Shown here piece by piece: positions 28,951 to 36,931 of a DNA stretch of 36,931 nucleotides. Source of the stretch: Bacteroidota bacterium (lineage in GTDB: Bacteria; Bacteroidota; Ignavibacteria; UBA10030; UBA6906); NCBI GenBank assembly GCA_046597825.1, contig JBKJJX010000065.1, positions 1 through 36,931 on the forward strand, in the 5' to 3' direction. Every line of letters begins with the position of its first letter. The first letter of the stretch is position 1. Position numbers and translations under genes: made by a program. The notes beneath the pieces were generated by a model that was not told the DNA's origin, did not search any database, and saw only the letters and a program-made list of their open reading frames with translations.

Positions 28951-28985
28951 AAACACAAAAGCCTCCTGCGTGAACAGGAGGCTTT
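28951..28985 (-). terminator. Rho-independent terminator of pckG
   Basis: The minus strand reads AAAGCCTCCTG-TTCACG-CAGGAGGCTTT, with an 8-bp GC-rich core extendable to 11 bp. It is followed by TGTGTTT as part of a TTTTGTGTTT tail. It begins about 27 nt after the pckG stop codon (29012-29014). Confidence 0.75.
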
Positions 28986-29011
28986 CCATTTAGTGATGCA
29001 ACCAAGTCGTC

Positions 29012-30844
29012 TTATTCGCCCGCAAGCTTCCAGTGTTCAGGCGAGCGCCACACGCCGGAGAGTATCAACTCGCGCATGAACGTGAATTCACGCGGGAGCT
29101 TATCATACAGCTTGAAGAATAATTCTTCGTGCGAGAGAATTTCTTTTTTCCACTCTTCGCTGTTCACGGACATCAGCCGGTCGAATTTTTCACGTGTCAT
29201 TCCTTCGAGCCCGTCCCACTTGATGTCTTCGTACCGCGGCATCCATCCCAGCGGACTCTCAATAGAATAACCGCGGCCGTGCACCCTGTCGACAATCCAT
29301 TTCAGCACGCGCATATTTTCGCCGAAGCCCGGCCAGATAAATTTTCCGTCCTCATCTTTCCGGAACCAGTTGACACCGAAGATGCGCGGCGGATTTTGGA
29401 TGTCACGTCCGAACTGCAGCCAGTGGTTGAAGTAGTCGGCCATATGATAACCGGTAAACGGCAGCATCGCCATCGGGTCGCGGCGCACATTGCCAACGGC
29501 TCCGGTTGCGGCGGCTGTCGTCTCCGAGCCCATTGTTGCTGCAAGGTACACGCCGAAATTCCAATTCGCCGCCTGATACACCAGCGGGACAATTGAGCTT
29601 CGTCGCCCGCCAAAAATAAACGCGCTGATCGGAACGCCTGCAGGATTTTCCCACTCCGGATCGATGACAGGATTCTGGTTTGCCGGTGCAGTGAAGCGGG
29701 CGTTGGGATGCGCCGCCGGTTTTTCACTTGTGGGCGTCCATTCTTGTCCCCGCCAATCGGTGAGTTTCGCGGGCGGCGTATCGGTCATCCCTTCCCACCA
29801 TATATCACCATCAGGAGTGAGGGCGACGTTGGTGAAGATGGTGTTGGCTTTGATGCTTTCCATTGCGTTGGGATTCGACTTCACAGATGTGCCCGGCGCA
29901 ACGCCGAAGTATCCCGCCTCGGGGTTGATTGCATAGAGTCGGCCGTCTTCGCCGGGCTTGATCCAGGCAATGTCATCTCCAACGGTAGTGACCTTGTATC
30001 CTTCAAACGCTTTTGGCGGAATAAGCATTGCGAAGTTCGTTTTCCCGCACGCGCTGGGAAATGCAGCGGCCACATATGTTTTCTCTCCCTTCGGATCCTC
30101 GACGCCGAGAATGAGCATGTGCTCTGCGAGCCATCCTTCATCACGCGCCATCACGGATGCAATGCGCAGTGCGAAACATTTTTTCCCGAGCAACGCGTTG
30201 CCTCCGTATCCACTGCCGAACGACCAGATAGCGCGCTCTTCCGGAAAGTGCACAATGTATTTTTGGTTTGGATTGCATGGCCACGGCACATCTTTTTGTC
30301 CGGGGGCGAGAGGCATACCGACCGAGTGAAGACACGGAACAAATTCACCTTCTCCCAACACATCAAGCACTTTCTTTCCCATCCTCGTCATGATCTTCAT
30401 ATTGACGACGACGTAGGGCGAATCGGTGATCTCAACGCCAATATGAGAAATGGGAGAGCCGAGTGGTCCCATGCTGAACGGAACGACATACATCACCCGT
30501 CCGCGCATACAGCCTTCGAACAGCTTCGTCAGGATTCCCTTCATCTCCTTCGGGTTCATCCAATTATTCGTGGGACCCGCATCCTGCTTTCGCGTGCTGC
30601 AAATGAACGTCCGATCTTCCACGCGAGCAACATCACTCGGATCTGAAAGCGCAAGGTAGCTGTTGGGACGTTTCGCCGGATTTAATTTTTTGAATGTCCC
30701 CGACTTCACCAGCGTGTCACACATGGCGTTGTATTCCTCATCGGAGCCGTCGCACCAATACACTGATTCAGGTTTGCAGAGTTGTTGAATTTCCTGCACC
30801 CACGTTTTCAGTCTGGCATTTTTTATATCGACGGGATTTACCAT
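29012..30844 (-). CDS. pckG: Phosphoenolpyruvate carboxykinase (GTP)
   Basis: 610 aa. The GTP-PEPCK N-terminus is present ([11 protein letters not shown]...[17 protein letters not shown]), as is the kinase-1a P-loop FPSACGKTN. Family-wide conservation is visible throughout (WMNP, GDDIAW, FGGRR). GGAAGGA lies upstream of the ATG. Confidence 0.97.
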   Translation of the reverse strand: MVNPVDIKNARLKTWVQEIQQLCKPESVYWCDGSDEEYNAMCDTLVKSGTFKKLNPAKRPNSYLALSDPSDVARVEDRTFICSTRKQDAGPTNNWMNPKEMKGILTKLFEGCMRGRVMYVVPFSMGPLGSPISHIGVEITDSPYVVVNMKIMTRMGKKVLDVLGEGEFVPCLHSVGMPLAPGQKDVPWPCNPNQKYIVHFPEERAIWSFGSGYGGNALLGKKCFALRIASVMARDEGWLAEHMLILGVEDPKGEKTYVAAAFPSACGKTNFAMLIPPKAFEGYKVTTVGDDIAWIKPGEDGRLYAINPEAGYFGVAPGTSVKSNPNAMESIKANTIFTNVALTPDGDIWWEGMTDTPPAKLTDWRGQEWTPTSEKPAAHPNARFTAPANQNPVIDPEWENPAGVPISAFIFGGRRSSIVPLVYQAANWNFGVYLAATMGSETTAAATGAVGNVRRDPMAMLPFTGYHMADYFNHWLQFGRDIQNPPRIFGVNWFRKDEDGKFIWPGFGENMRVLKWIVDRVHGRGYSIESPLGWMPRYEDIKWDGLEGMTREKFDRLMSVNSEEWKKEILSHEELFFKLYDKLPREFTFMRELILSGVWRSPEHWKLAGE

Positions 30845-30912
30845 GTAATTCCTTCCGGTTTTTTGTGAAAGAGCGAGTCAAAGCTCCGCCGTATTGCTCG
30901 GAGCGGGTGAAA

Positions 30913-30941
30913 AAGATACATCGAATCCCTAAACATTTCAA
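30913..30941 (-). promoter_or_regulatory. Candidate sigma70-type promoter for pckG
   Basis: The minus strand reads TTGAAA (30936-30941), a 17-nt spacer, then TATCTT (30913-30918), about 70 nt upstream of the pckG ATG. This is a sequence match only, and the promoter consensus of this lineage is unknown. Confidence 0.3.
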
Positions 30942-30997
30942 GAATATTTACTTTGTTTAGTCTGCGTAACTTCTCTGAAAGACGAAACCGATGGAAA

Positions 30998-33063
30998 TCA
31001 GTCCGTTGCGTCCCCTTTATGCAAATAATCCTTCAGCCATCCGAAGACAGTTTCATGCCAAAGCTTGCTGTTCGCCGGCTTTAAGACCCAGTGTCCTTCA
31101 TCGGGGAAATACAGAAATTTTGATGGGATGCCTTTTCGCTGCAATGTTGTGAAGAGTTGCATCGCCTCCGTTACGGGTACGCGAAAATCTTTTTCTCCGT
31201 GGATGATTAGATTGGGTGTGTGAAAATTCTTCGCGTATGTGTGAGGAGAAAACTTTGCGTACTCATTCGGTTTCTCCCACGGCGTGCCGGAATGATCCCA
31301 CTCGTCGAACCAAACTTCTTCGGTGGTGCCGTACATGCTGACGAAGTTGTACACCCCATCATGAGTTATCAACGTTTTGAATCTGTTGCCTGCATGTCCC
31401 TGAAACCAATTCATCATATATCCGCCGAATGAAGCGCCCGCAGCGGCTTTATTCGTGCTGTCGACATACGGCAGGCGACAAGCGTAATCCAATCCTCTCA
31501 TCAAATCGACAAATACCTTGCCGCCCCAATCGCCGGTGATCTCATTGACAAATGTTTGTCCAAACCCCGTACTGCCACGCGGGTTCGGCGCCATAACAAT
31601 GTAACCCTGCGCCGCCCATAAGGCGGGGCACCATCGGAACGACCATGAATTCATCCAGGCGCTTTGCGGGCCGCCGTGGACCAGATATACGAGCGGATAC
31701 TTTGCGCCATCGACCATTTTAGCTGGTTTGAATATCCACGCTTGCACTTGCGTTCCACCAGCACCCTTGAACCAGACATTTTCGGGGGAAGGGATATCCA
31801 GCGCTAAAAATAATTCATCATTTGTATGAGTGATCTGTTTCGCGTTCTTGCCATCAATCCCAACAGAATATATTTCCACCGGCAGCACGGCACTTTGATG
31901 TGTAAAGAAGATGGCGGAGGATGTTACATCGAGATTTCCGTTCGTTGCATCATCAAAGACTTTCTTCACATCGTTTCCTGCAAGCGAGACGGAGAAAATT
32001 GGTTTATTTCCTTTCTCATCCGCGGTGAAGTAAATCAGTTTACTGTCGGGAGACCATGAGATATCCTCAACATGTGAATCGAAATTTGCCGTCAGACTCT
32101 TTGTTGTACTCGTCGCAAGGTCAAAGAGAAACAGTTGCCATCGATCTGCTTCGAAGCCGGGTATTGCCTGGGCGCGGTATGCAATATACTTTCCGTCGGG
32201 AGAGTATCGCGGACAACCATCGGCTGCGCGGTTGGTTGTAATCTGCCGCGGCGCACGCCCATCAAGCGGAACAAGCCAGATGTCGTAGTTGGTAGTCCAT
32301 GCTTCTTCGCGTGTGATAGCTGGTGATGCGGTGTGAGCAATTTCTTTACTGTCCGGTGAAAACGAAAATTCGGTTCCGGAATTAAATGTTTGGGATCGGG
32401 GCACGCCATCGCGCATAATAGGAGTGACATCGAAAGGATGGCCACCCTCTACACCTTGCACAAAAACATGCTGGCGTTTTCCGTCAATCCATGAATCCCA
32501 ATTCTTATAAAACAGCTGGGTCATGACCCTGGCTTTGACGTTGCTCTTCGCGGCATCATCCAATTTTTTGTTGTTGAGAGAATCGCTGATCGCAAAAAGC
32601 TTTGTTGAGAATTCAGGAAACACATCCGAAACGAATGCGATCATTTTTCCATCGGGCGACCAGACAGGTGTCGAAGTCTCAGTTGAAATGTTTGTGAATT
32701 GTCGTTGATCTCTGCCATCAGGCTGCATTAACCAGATTTGCGTCTCACCCGACCGTGTTGATTCAAACGCAATCCATTGCCCGTCAGGTGACCATGCCGG
32801 ATGCCTGTCCTGCGCAGGATGATTGGTGAGTTGCCGGGTGCTGCCTCCCCGGCCGGCACAATCCAAATATCCGTGGACATTTTGTTCGCTGCAAGATTCG
32901 GCGTTGCAAGAGTGTACGCAACCCACTTTCCATCGGGCGAAATTGCGGGGTCGGAAACACGTTGGATCTTGAACATGTCCGCAAGTTCAAGCGGGCGTTT
33001 TGATTGGGCAAACAAAAGCGGGAGGGATGTCAGGAGGACGAACAGAATTTTCAGGAAAGTCAC
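30998..33063 (-). pseudogene. S9 family serine peptidase with a beta-propeller, interrupted by a single frameshift (pseudogene or assembly indel)
   Basis: Two overlapping ORFs in different frames (32728..33063 and 30998..32926) together encode one protein. Frame A gives a signal peptide plus the first blade (VTFLKILFVLLTSLPLLFAQ...ISPDGKWVAY...DIWIVPAG). Frame B continues GGSTRQLTNHPAQDRHPAWSPDGQWIAF... through to the catalytic GASFGGYM, HGEKDFRVP and DEGHW. The junction lies in the G/C run at 32845-32856. The junction parallels LWMVSTSGGTPRQV of the paralog at 164..2233. The start is GTG at 33063. Confidence 0.85.
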
Positions 33064-33075
33064 GTGGGATTTTTT

Positions 33076-33735
33076 TTATTGTTGTTGCAGTTTTTCTTTT
33101 ACTCCCTTCACGATTGTCCCGTCTTGCAAATACTTGTACAGATCTTTTCCGGGACAGAGAGTTTCGGTGTAATCCTTATGGCCCCTGATTGAATCAACGG
33201 AGACATGAAAATTTCGGGCAAGAAATGCAGTGAGGTCGATAAGAGATTGCAATTGTCGCTGACTCAAAATCTGGTTCTCGTAATTTCCCATAACACAGAT
33301 AAGTGCGTGGCCCCGTACATCGTAATCCGTATTCGTATCGCCGGGAAGATTGACGGGACGGGCTTCGTAGATTGTTCCCGAAAGATCAATCATAAAATGA
33401 TACGGAATATCAACCCAGTGCTTTTCGGAACGGCTCCACGACTGTAGCCAGCGGAGGTACTGCACTGGATCCTTATCGGCAGGGAAATCTTCGCCGCCAT
33501 GATGAATTGTTATTCTCTTAATTTCATGCGATGGAAGGGTTCGATCGCCGTCCACCCACCCCCATTGTTCGCGTGATATAACTTCAAGCCCCTTTGGATA
33601 CTCAAGCTGAAGGAGGTCTTCTGATTCCCGGAGATTCCTGTTTGCGCAACCGGCAATAAGGGAGAGAAAAAAGAAAACAAAAACTCCGGAGAACGTGCAG
33701 AGCTTTGAGAAGAAAGGATTGAAAGAACTTTGCAT
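33076..33735 (-). CDS. N-acetylmuramoyl-L-alanine amidase (Amidase_2/PGRP fold) lipoprotein
   Basis: The signal ends in a lipobox-like LIAGC. The Amidase_2 pattern is present: ITIHHGGE...IPYHFMIDLSGTIYEARP...GHALICVMGNYE...IRGHKDY..TLCPG. Confidence 0.87.
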   Translation of the reverse strand: MQSSFNPFFSKLCTFSGVFVFFFLSLIAGCANRNLRESEDLLQLEYPKGLEVISREQWGWVDGDRTLPSHEIKRITIHHGGEDFPADKDPVQYLRWLQSWSRSEKHWVDIPYHFMIDLSGTIYEARPVNLPGDTNTDYDVRGHALICVMGNYENQILSQRQLQSLIDLTAFLARNFHVSVDSIRGHKDYTETLCPGKDLYKYLQDGTIVKGVKEKLQQQ

Positions 33736-33736
33736 G

Positions 33737-34270
33737 TTAAAAATTTTTCCACATCATTGACTCAACGGGTTTGTCCGTCCGCGTATTATATTTTGCCGAA
33801 GCTTTTGCCTTGTAGCTTGTCAGCACTTCTCCATCAACTTCAAAATAAATCAGCTGACCGATCGGCATGCCGTGATAAATGCGCACGGGCTGCTTCACAG
33901 ATATTTCCAGCGTCCATGTATTGCAAAAGCCTATATCGCCTTTGCCCGCAGTGGCGTGAATATCGATTCCGAGCCTGCCGATACTGCTTTTCCCTTCAAG
34001 AAAAGGAACGTGCGCATGTGTTTCCGTATACTCTTCCGTCACGCCGAGATACAAACGATGCGGAAGAAGAATCAGTCCATCGTCCGCAATTTCAAAATGA
34101 TCGATCTCATTGTGCAGCTTCGCATCGAGAATATCGTTTTTGTACGTCGCAAGGAATTTTCCCAGGTGCACGTCATATGAATTGGAGCCGAGAAATTTCT
34201 TGTCAAACGGAGAAATAACAATGGTGCCTTTCTCCATTTCTTCAAGAATTTTTCTATCGGTAAGAATCAC
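33737..34270 (-). CDS. dcd: dCTP deaminase (dUTPase superfamily; possibly bifunctional DCD-DUT type)
   Basis: From the in-frame GTG at 34270, the product (M)ILTDRKILEEMEKGTIVISPFDKKFLGSNSYDVHLG... aligns from residue 1 with known Dcd N-termini (MILSDKDI...). The 30-codon extension from TTG 34360 in the ORF track has no counterpart. The stop lies 1 nt before the amidase ATG. Confidence 0.87.
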   Translation of the reverse strand: MILTDRKILEEMEKGTIVISPFDKKFLGSNSYDVHLGKFLATYKNDILDAKLHNEIDHFEIADDGLILLPHRLYLGVTEEYTETHAHVPFLEGKSSIGRLGIDIHATAGKGDIGFCNTWTLEISVKQPVRIYHGMPIGQLIYFEVDGEVLTSYKAKASAKYNTRTDKPVESMMWKNF

Positions 34271-34417
34271 GGGCGAGGGTTTGTTGTGTGTATGCTGATT
34301 TAATGTAGGAAAAATGCCCGGAAAAACCACCCGCTTGCTGTTGGGCGAACCAAGGGGCAATACAAAACAAACAGTTGAACGGGTCGCTGAAAAAGTCCGC
34401 TCGTGTGGCCTAATGCA

Positions 34418-35614
34418 TTAACGTTGCAATCGAAGACTTGGATCTATACTGGCAGTAAGAAGTTCGGCAATCATGCGGTGTCCTGTTGTATCAAAATGGC
34501 AAAAGTCGTAATACACCGAGCGGCGGCTGTTCAACCGGTTGGCTCCATCTATTATTTCCGCATGTAGTTTTTCTCCGACTTCACGCATTATCTGCTGATA
34601 CTCGCCGTCGAGGTATATCGGATCGCCTCCGTGAAGCGACCAAAGCGGGTGCTCAATAATGGAAATGTTTCTCTCTTCTTCCGTCCGCCCTTTCATCCGC
34701 AGAGCTTTTGCGAGATATATACGGTCGAGTGTTGTAAACATGTTGTGCTCATGCATTGCGATCGAAAGATTCTCGATTGCAGAATCCGGTTGCGCTGCCT
34801 TAAGTTGGCGGACTCCCTTCTGCAAATATTCTGTCTGAACAGGATTATCGCCGAGGAGAAGAAAGAGAACGGGAATCCCTTTTTGTTGAGCCGCAATTAC
34901 CATCTCGGTGAGATTCGAACGATAATGTTCCGGGCTGACGCGGGCAACCAGCGAATCAACGTGTACAGGCAGAATTCTCTCCTCGGAAATCAAGCCGAAC
35001 GCCCTTACTGCCGCCCGGACTGCACGGAATGCGTAACTTCGTTCGAGCATCGCAATCAGTTCCTGCCGCCGGGCCAGCTCGTAGTTACGCTGAAACGTTT
35101 CTTTGCTATCCGCATCAGATGGATGGAGAACGTATCTTCTATCATTATAGTTGAACGAAATAACAACAACGTTGGGACGAAGTTTTGTCAACATTCTTTC
35201 AAGAAGGATTTTCCCTTGATACGAAGAGTAACCCGGAGAGCCAAGGTTAAACGAGACGGCATCAGGCAACAGGCTGTCTACCAGCGAAGGAAAGATTGCG
35301 TCTACCGGACTGTCATTTCCAAACGTGTTGGAATCACCAACGAACAGTATTTTCTTCTTTGTGCTATTGCTGAATTTGCTTTGGTCACCGGCAAACAATC
35401 CCTCGTCATCGAAACTTCGCTGGACGCCGCCAAATGTATTATCAAATCCAGGCTTTCGTTCCCACCCCAGGTCAGGCGAATACTCATACCACGGATCTTC
35501 GGTCTTCCGCTGAACCTCAGCATCGTGAACAAAGACAGAGGCGGCACGAGAGAGCAATTCAACGATTGCGATTGCAATGATGAATGACAACAGGCCAGCG
35601 AGCAACTTTTTCAT
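34418..35614 (-). CDS. Membrane-anchored SGNH/GDSL family hydrolase
   Basis: The N-terminal TM anchor is LLAGLLSFIIAIAIVELL. SGNH block I is ILFVGDSNTFG (Ser nucleophile), block III-like is ISFNYND, and block V is YYDFCHFDTTGHRMIAELL (DxxH). ATG at 35614 forms an ATGA overlap with the upstream stop. An alternative ATG is at 35629. Confidence 0.75.
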   Translation of the reverse strand: MKKLLAGLLSFIIAIAIVELLSRAASVFVHDAEVQRKTEDPWYEYSPDLGWERKPGFDNTFGGVQRSFDDEGLFAGDQSKFSNSTKKKILFVGDSNTFGNDSPVDAIFPSLVDSLLPDAVSFNLGSPGYSSYQGKILLERMLTKLRPNVVVISFNYNDRRYVLHPSDADSKETFQRNYELARRQELIAMLERSYAFRAVRAAVRAFGLISEERILPVHVDSLVARVSPEHYRSNLTEMVIAAQQKGIPVLFLLLGDNPVQTEYLQKGVRQLKAAQPDSAIENLSIAMHEHNMFTTLDRIYLAKALRMKGRTEEERNISIIEHPLWSLHGGDPIYLDGEYQQIMREVGEKLHAEIIDGANRLNSRRSVYYDFCHFDTTGHRMIAELLTASIDPSLRLQR

Positions 35615-36931
35615 TTTTTCCGCTTCCATGCCGGTCCGCGGACAACTCTTCCGGGAGTTTTTCCTGTGTGCTCGCCGTTCTGCAACACCTGCACGCCATT
35701 AACAAACACATGCGTCATGCCGGTTGAGTACTGATGCGGCTGAGCGAAGGTCGCATGGTCAGCTATCGTTCCCGCATCAAAAGCCACAACATCGGCGTAG
35801 AAACCGCGCTTCAGCGAGCCGCGTTTGGTGAGTTTGAGGTTCGATGCCGGAAGCGATGTAAGTCTGCGGACTGCTTCCTGAAGCGGGATAATCTTCTCAT
35901 CCCGCACATATTTTCCGAGCAAGCGGGCAACATTCCCATAAGCGCGCGGGTGCGGATTCGATTTCAGGAACACACCTTCAGGCGTGATCGACTCTGCATC
36001 GGAGCCGAAGCTCATGAACGGCAGCGCTATTTTCTTTTTGACGTTCTCTTCCGACATCAAAAAATACACGGTCGACACGCGGCTGTCGTCCTTCACCACC
36101 AAATCCATTGCCGTCTCTTCCGGTGTCCGGTGGTACAGGGTGGAAATTTCCTCAAGCGTTTTTCCCGTGAGATGTTTCAGGGAGTCCTGCTTAAATCCAA
36201 CCAGCAAAATATTGGAAGGCGACCCTGCGGCGAGGTAGAGGCTTTCCCATTCATCCGTCGGCGTCATCATTTCTTTTCGAACCCGTTTTCTGATTGCGGG
36301 ATCTTGCAGCCTCTTTTTCCAGTCTTGCAAACCGCCTTCCTGCACCCACGGCGGCATTGCGGCGTCAAGTCCGGTTGCGCCGGCCGTATACGTGTACATA
36401 TCGGCAGTGATATGCAGGCCCGTTGCACGTGCGTTCTCGATCTTCGCGATCAAGGAATCAAGTTTTCCCCAATTCCTTTTCCCCGCTGCCTTCATATGAT
36501 AAATTTCTGCAGGGATGTTGGCATCCTTTGCAATCTGCAGCAGCTCATCCGTTGCTTCAAGCAAGCGATTGCCTTCACTTCGCATATGTGATATGTACAT
36601 GCCGGAATACATCGAAGCAACTTTGCACAGTTCGATTAACTCATCCGTCTTTGCATAGAAAGCCGGGGCATAGATGAGCGACGAACCGACACCGAGCGCA
36701 CCCTCTTCCATCGCTTGGCGAACAAGCGAGCGCATTCTTTCGAGTTCCTGCGTCGTAGGGGGACGGTTCGCGTATCCAAGTTCGTGAATGCGCACTGTGG
36801 TCGCGCCCACGAACGATGCGATGTTCGTTGATATGCCTTTCTTCTCCATGTACTCCAGATATTCGCCGAGCGTCGTCCAGGCAACGTCGAACTTTAGGTC
36901 ACCTTGTGAGTCAATCATGTCCTTCCGCATC
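35611..36931 (-). CDS. N-acyl-D-amino-acid deacylase (D-aminoacylase) family amidohydrolase, N-terminus outside the window
   Basis: The 439 aa visible show the family pattern: WTTLGEYLEYMEKKGISTNIASFVGATTVR, GALGVGSSLIYAPAFYA, YISHMRSEG, EIYHMKAAGKRNWG, ITADMYTYTAG, FGSDAE, NPHPRAYG, and PGRVVRG at the C-terminus. The HxH-bearing N-terminal ~80-100 aa expected for this family are missing, so the gene is truncated by the window edge. Confidence 0.88.
   Translation of the reverse strand, partial: MRKDMIDSQGDLKFDVAWTTLGEYLEYMEKKGISTNIASFVGATTVRIHELGYANRPPTTQELERMRSLVRQAMEEGALGVGSSLIYAPAFYAKTDELIELCKVASMYSGMYISHMRSEGNRLLEATDELLQIAKDANIPAEIYHMKAAGKRNWGKLDSLIAKIENARATGLHITADMYTYTAGATGLDAAMPPWVQEGGLQDWKKRLQDPAIRKRVRKEMMTPTDEWESLYLAAGSPSNILLVGFKQDSLKHLTGKTLEEISTLYHRTPEETAMDLVVKDDSRVSTVYFLMSEENVKKKIALPFMSFGSDAESITPEGVFLKSNPHPRAYGNVARLLGKYVRDEKIIPLQEAVRRLTSLPASNLKLTKRGSLKRGFYADVVAFDAGTIADHATFAQPHQYSTGMTHVFVNGVQVLQNGEHTGKTPGRVVRGPAWKRKK

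Noticed and set aside
32845-32856. Programmed -1 ribosomal frameshifting in the S9 peptidase gene.
   Set aside because: There is no X XXY YYZ slippery heptamer and no obvious downstream stimulatory structure. A simple 1-nt indel in a G/C run explains the data more economically.
33737-34360. dCTP deaminase considered as a nucleotide-depletion anti-phage defence gene.
   Set aside because: Reported defensive dCTP deaminases are much larger fusions with an extra N-terminal domain. This one is a ~177-aa housekeeping-size Dcd that aligns from residue 1 with canonical enzymes, and no other defence genes are nearby.
34271-34417. A GGTTCGCCC T-loop-like motif in the 147-nt gap between the SGNH hydrolase and dcd, considered as a possible tRNA or tRNA-like element.
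   Set aside because: No acceptor, D or anticodon arms can be drawn around it on either strand, so it is most likely just promoter or leader sequence for dcd.

Overview
This is a gene-dense chromosomal segment with 28 genes: 24 on the minus strand and a four-gene plus-strand island at about 9.96-15.7 kb. I found no rRNA, tRNA, CRISPR array, transposase, integrase or recognisable defence genes. Two secreted proteins end in '(Q)NYPNPFNP...GVYFYRL' type-9-secretion sorting domains, and several genes have AGGAG-like ribosome-binding sites. Together these suggest, by inference only, an FCB-superphylum bacterium (Ignavibacteria/Bacteroidota-like) rather than classical Bacteroidia.

Gene content, in window order:
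- dnaX 5' end, an S9 propeller peptidase, and lon.
- Two tandem hybrid histidine kinases.
- A class-I aminotransferase and an RlmC/RlmD-like RNA methyltransferase.
- Two T9SS cargo proteins.
- An envelope and lipid gene run: PAP2, pyrG, DUF502, kdsB, gatC, an orphan lipoprotein, plsC and an M48 protease.
- A hydrolase and membrane run: DUF1232, TerC, a carboxylesterase, and a 448-aa plus a 1021-aa amidohydrolase.
- GTP-type PEPCK and a frameshifted second S9 peptidase.
- A PGRP-type amidase, dcd, a membrane-anchored SGNH hydrolase and a partial D-aminoacylase.

I do not see a clear-cut new system such as a defence island or biosynthetic cluster. The most unusual thing I can support is the translationally coupled secreted amidohydrolase module at 23.6-28.7 kb, where two of three amidohydrolase-fold domains have lost the HxH metal ligands while the third keeps them. 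Secondary candidates are:
- the adjacent T9SS cargo pair;
- the output-less tandem hybrid kinase phosphorelay;
- the frameshifted S9 peptidase;
- an orphan lipoprotein embedded in the envelope operon;
- a few structured leader elements.

Several ORF-track starts look over-extended, and corrected starts are proposed from conserved N-termini and stop/start overlaps. All homology calls come from motif recognition by eye, not from database searches.
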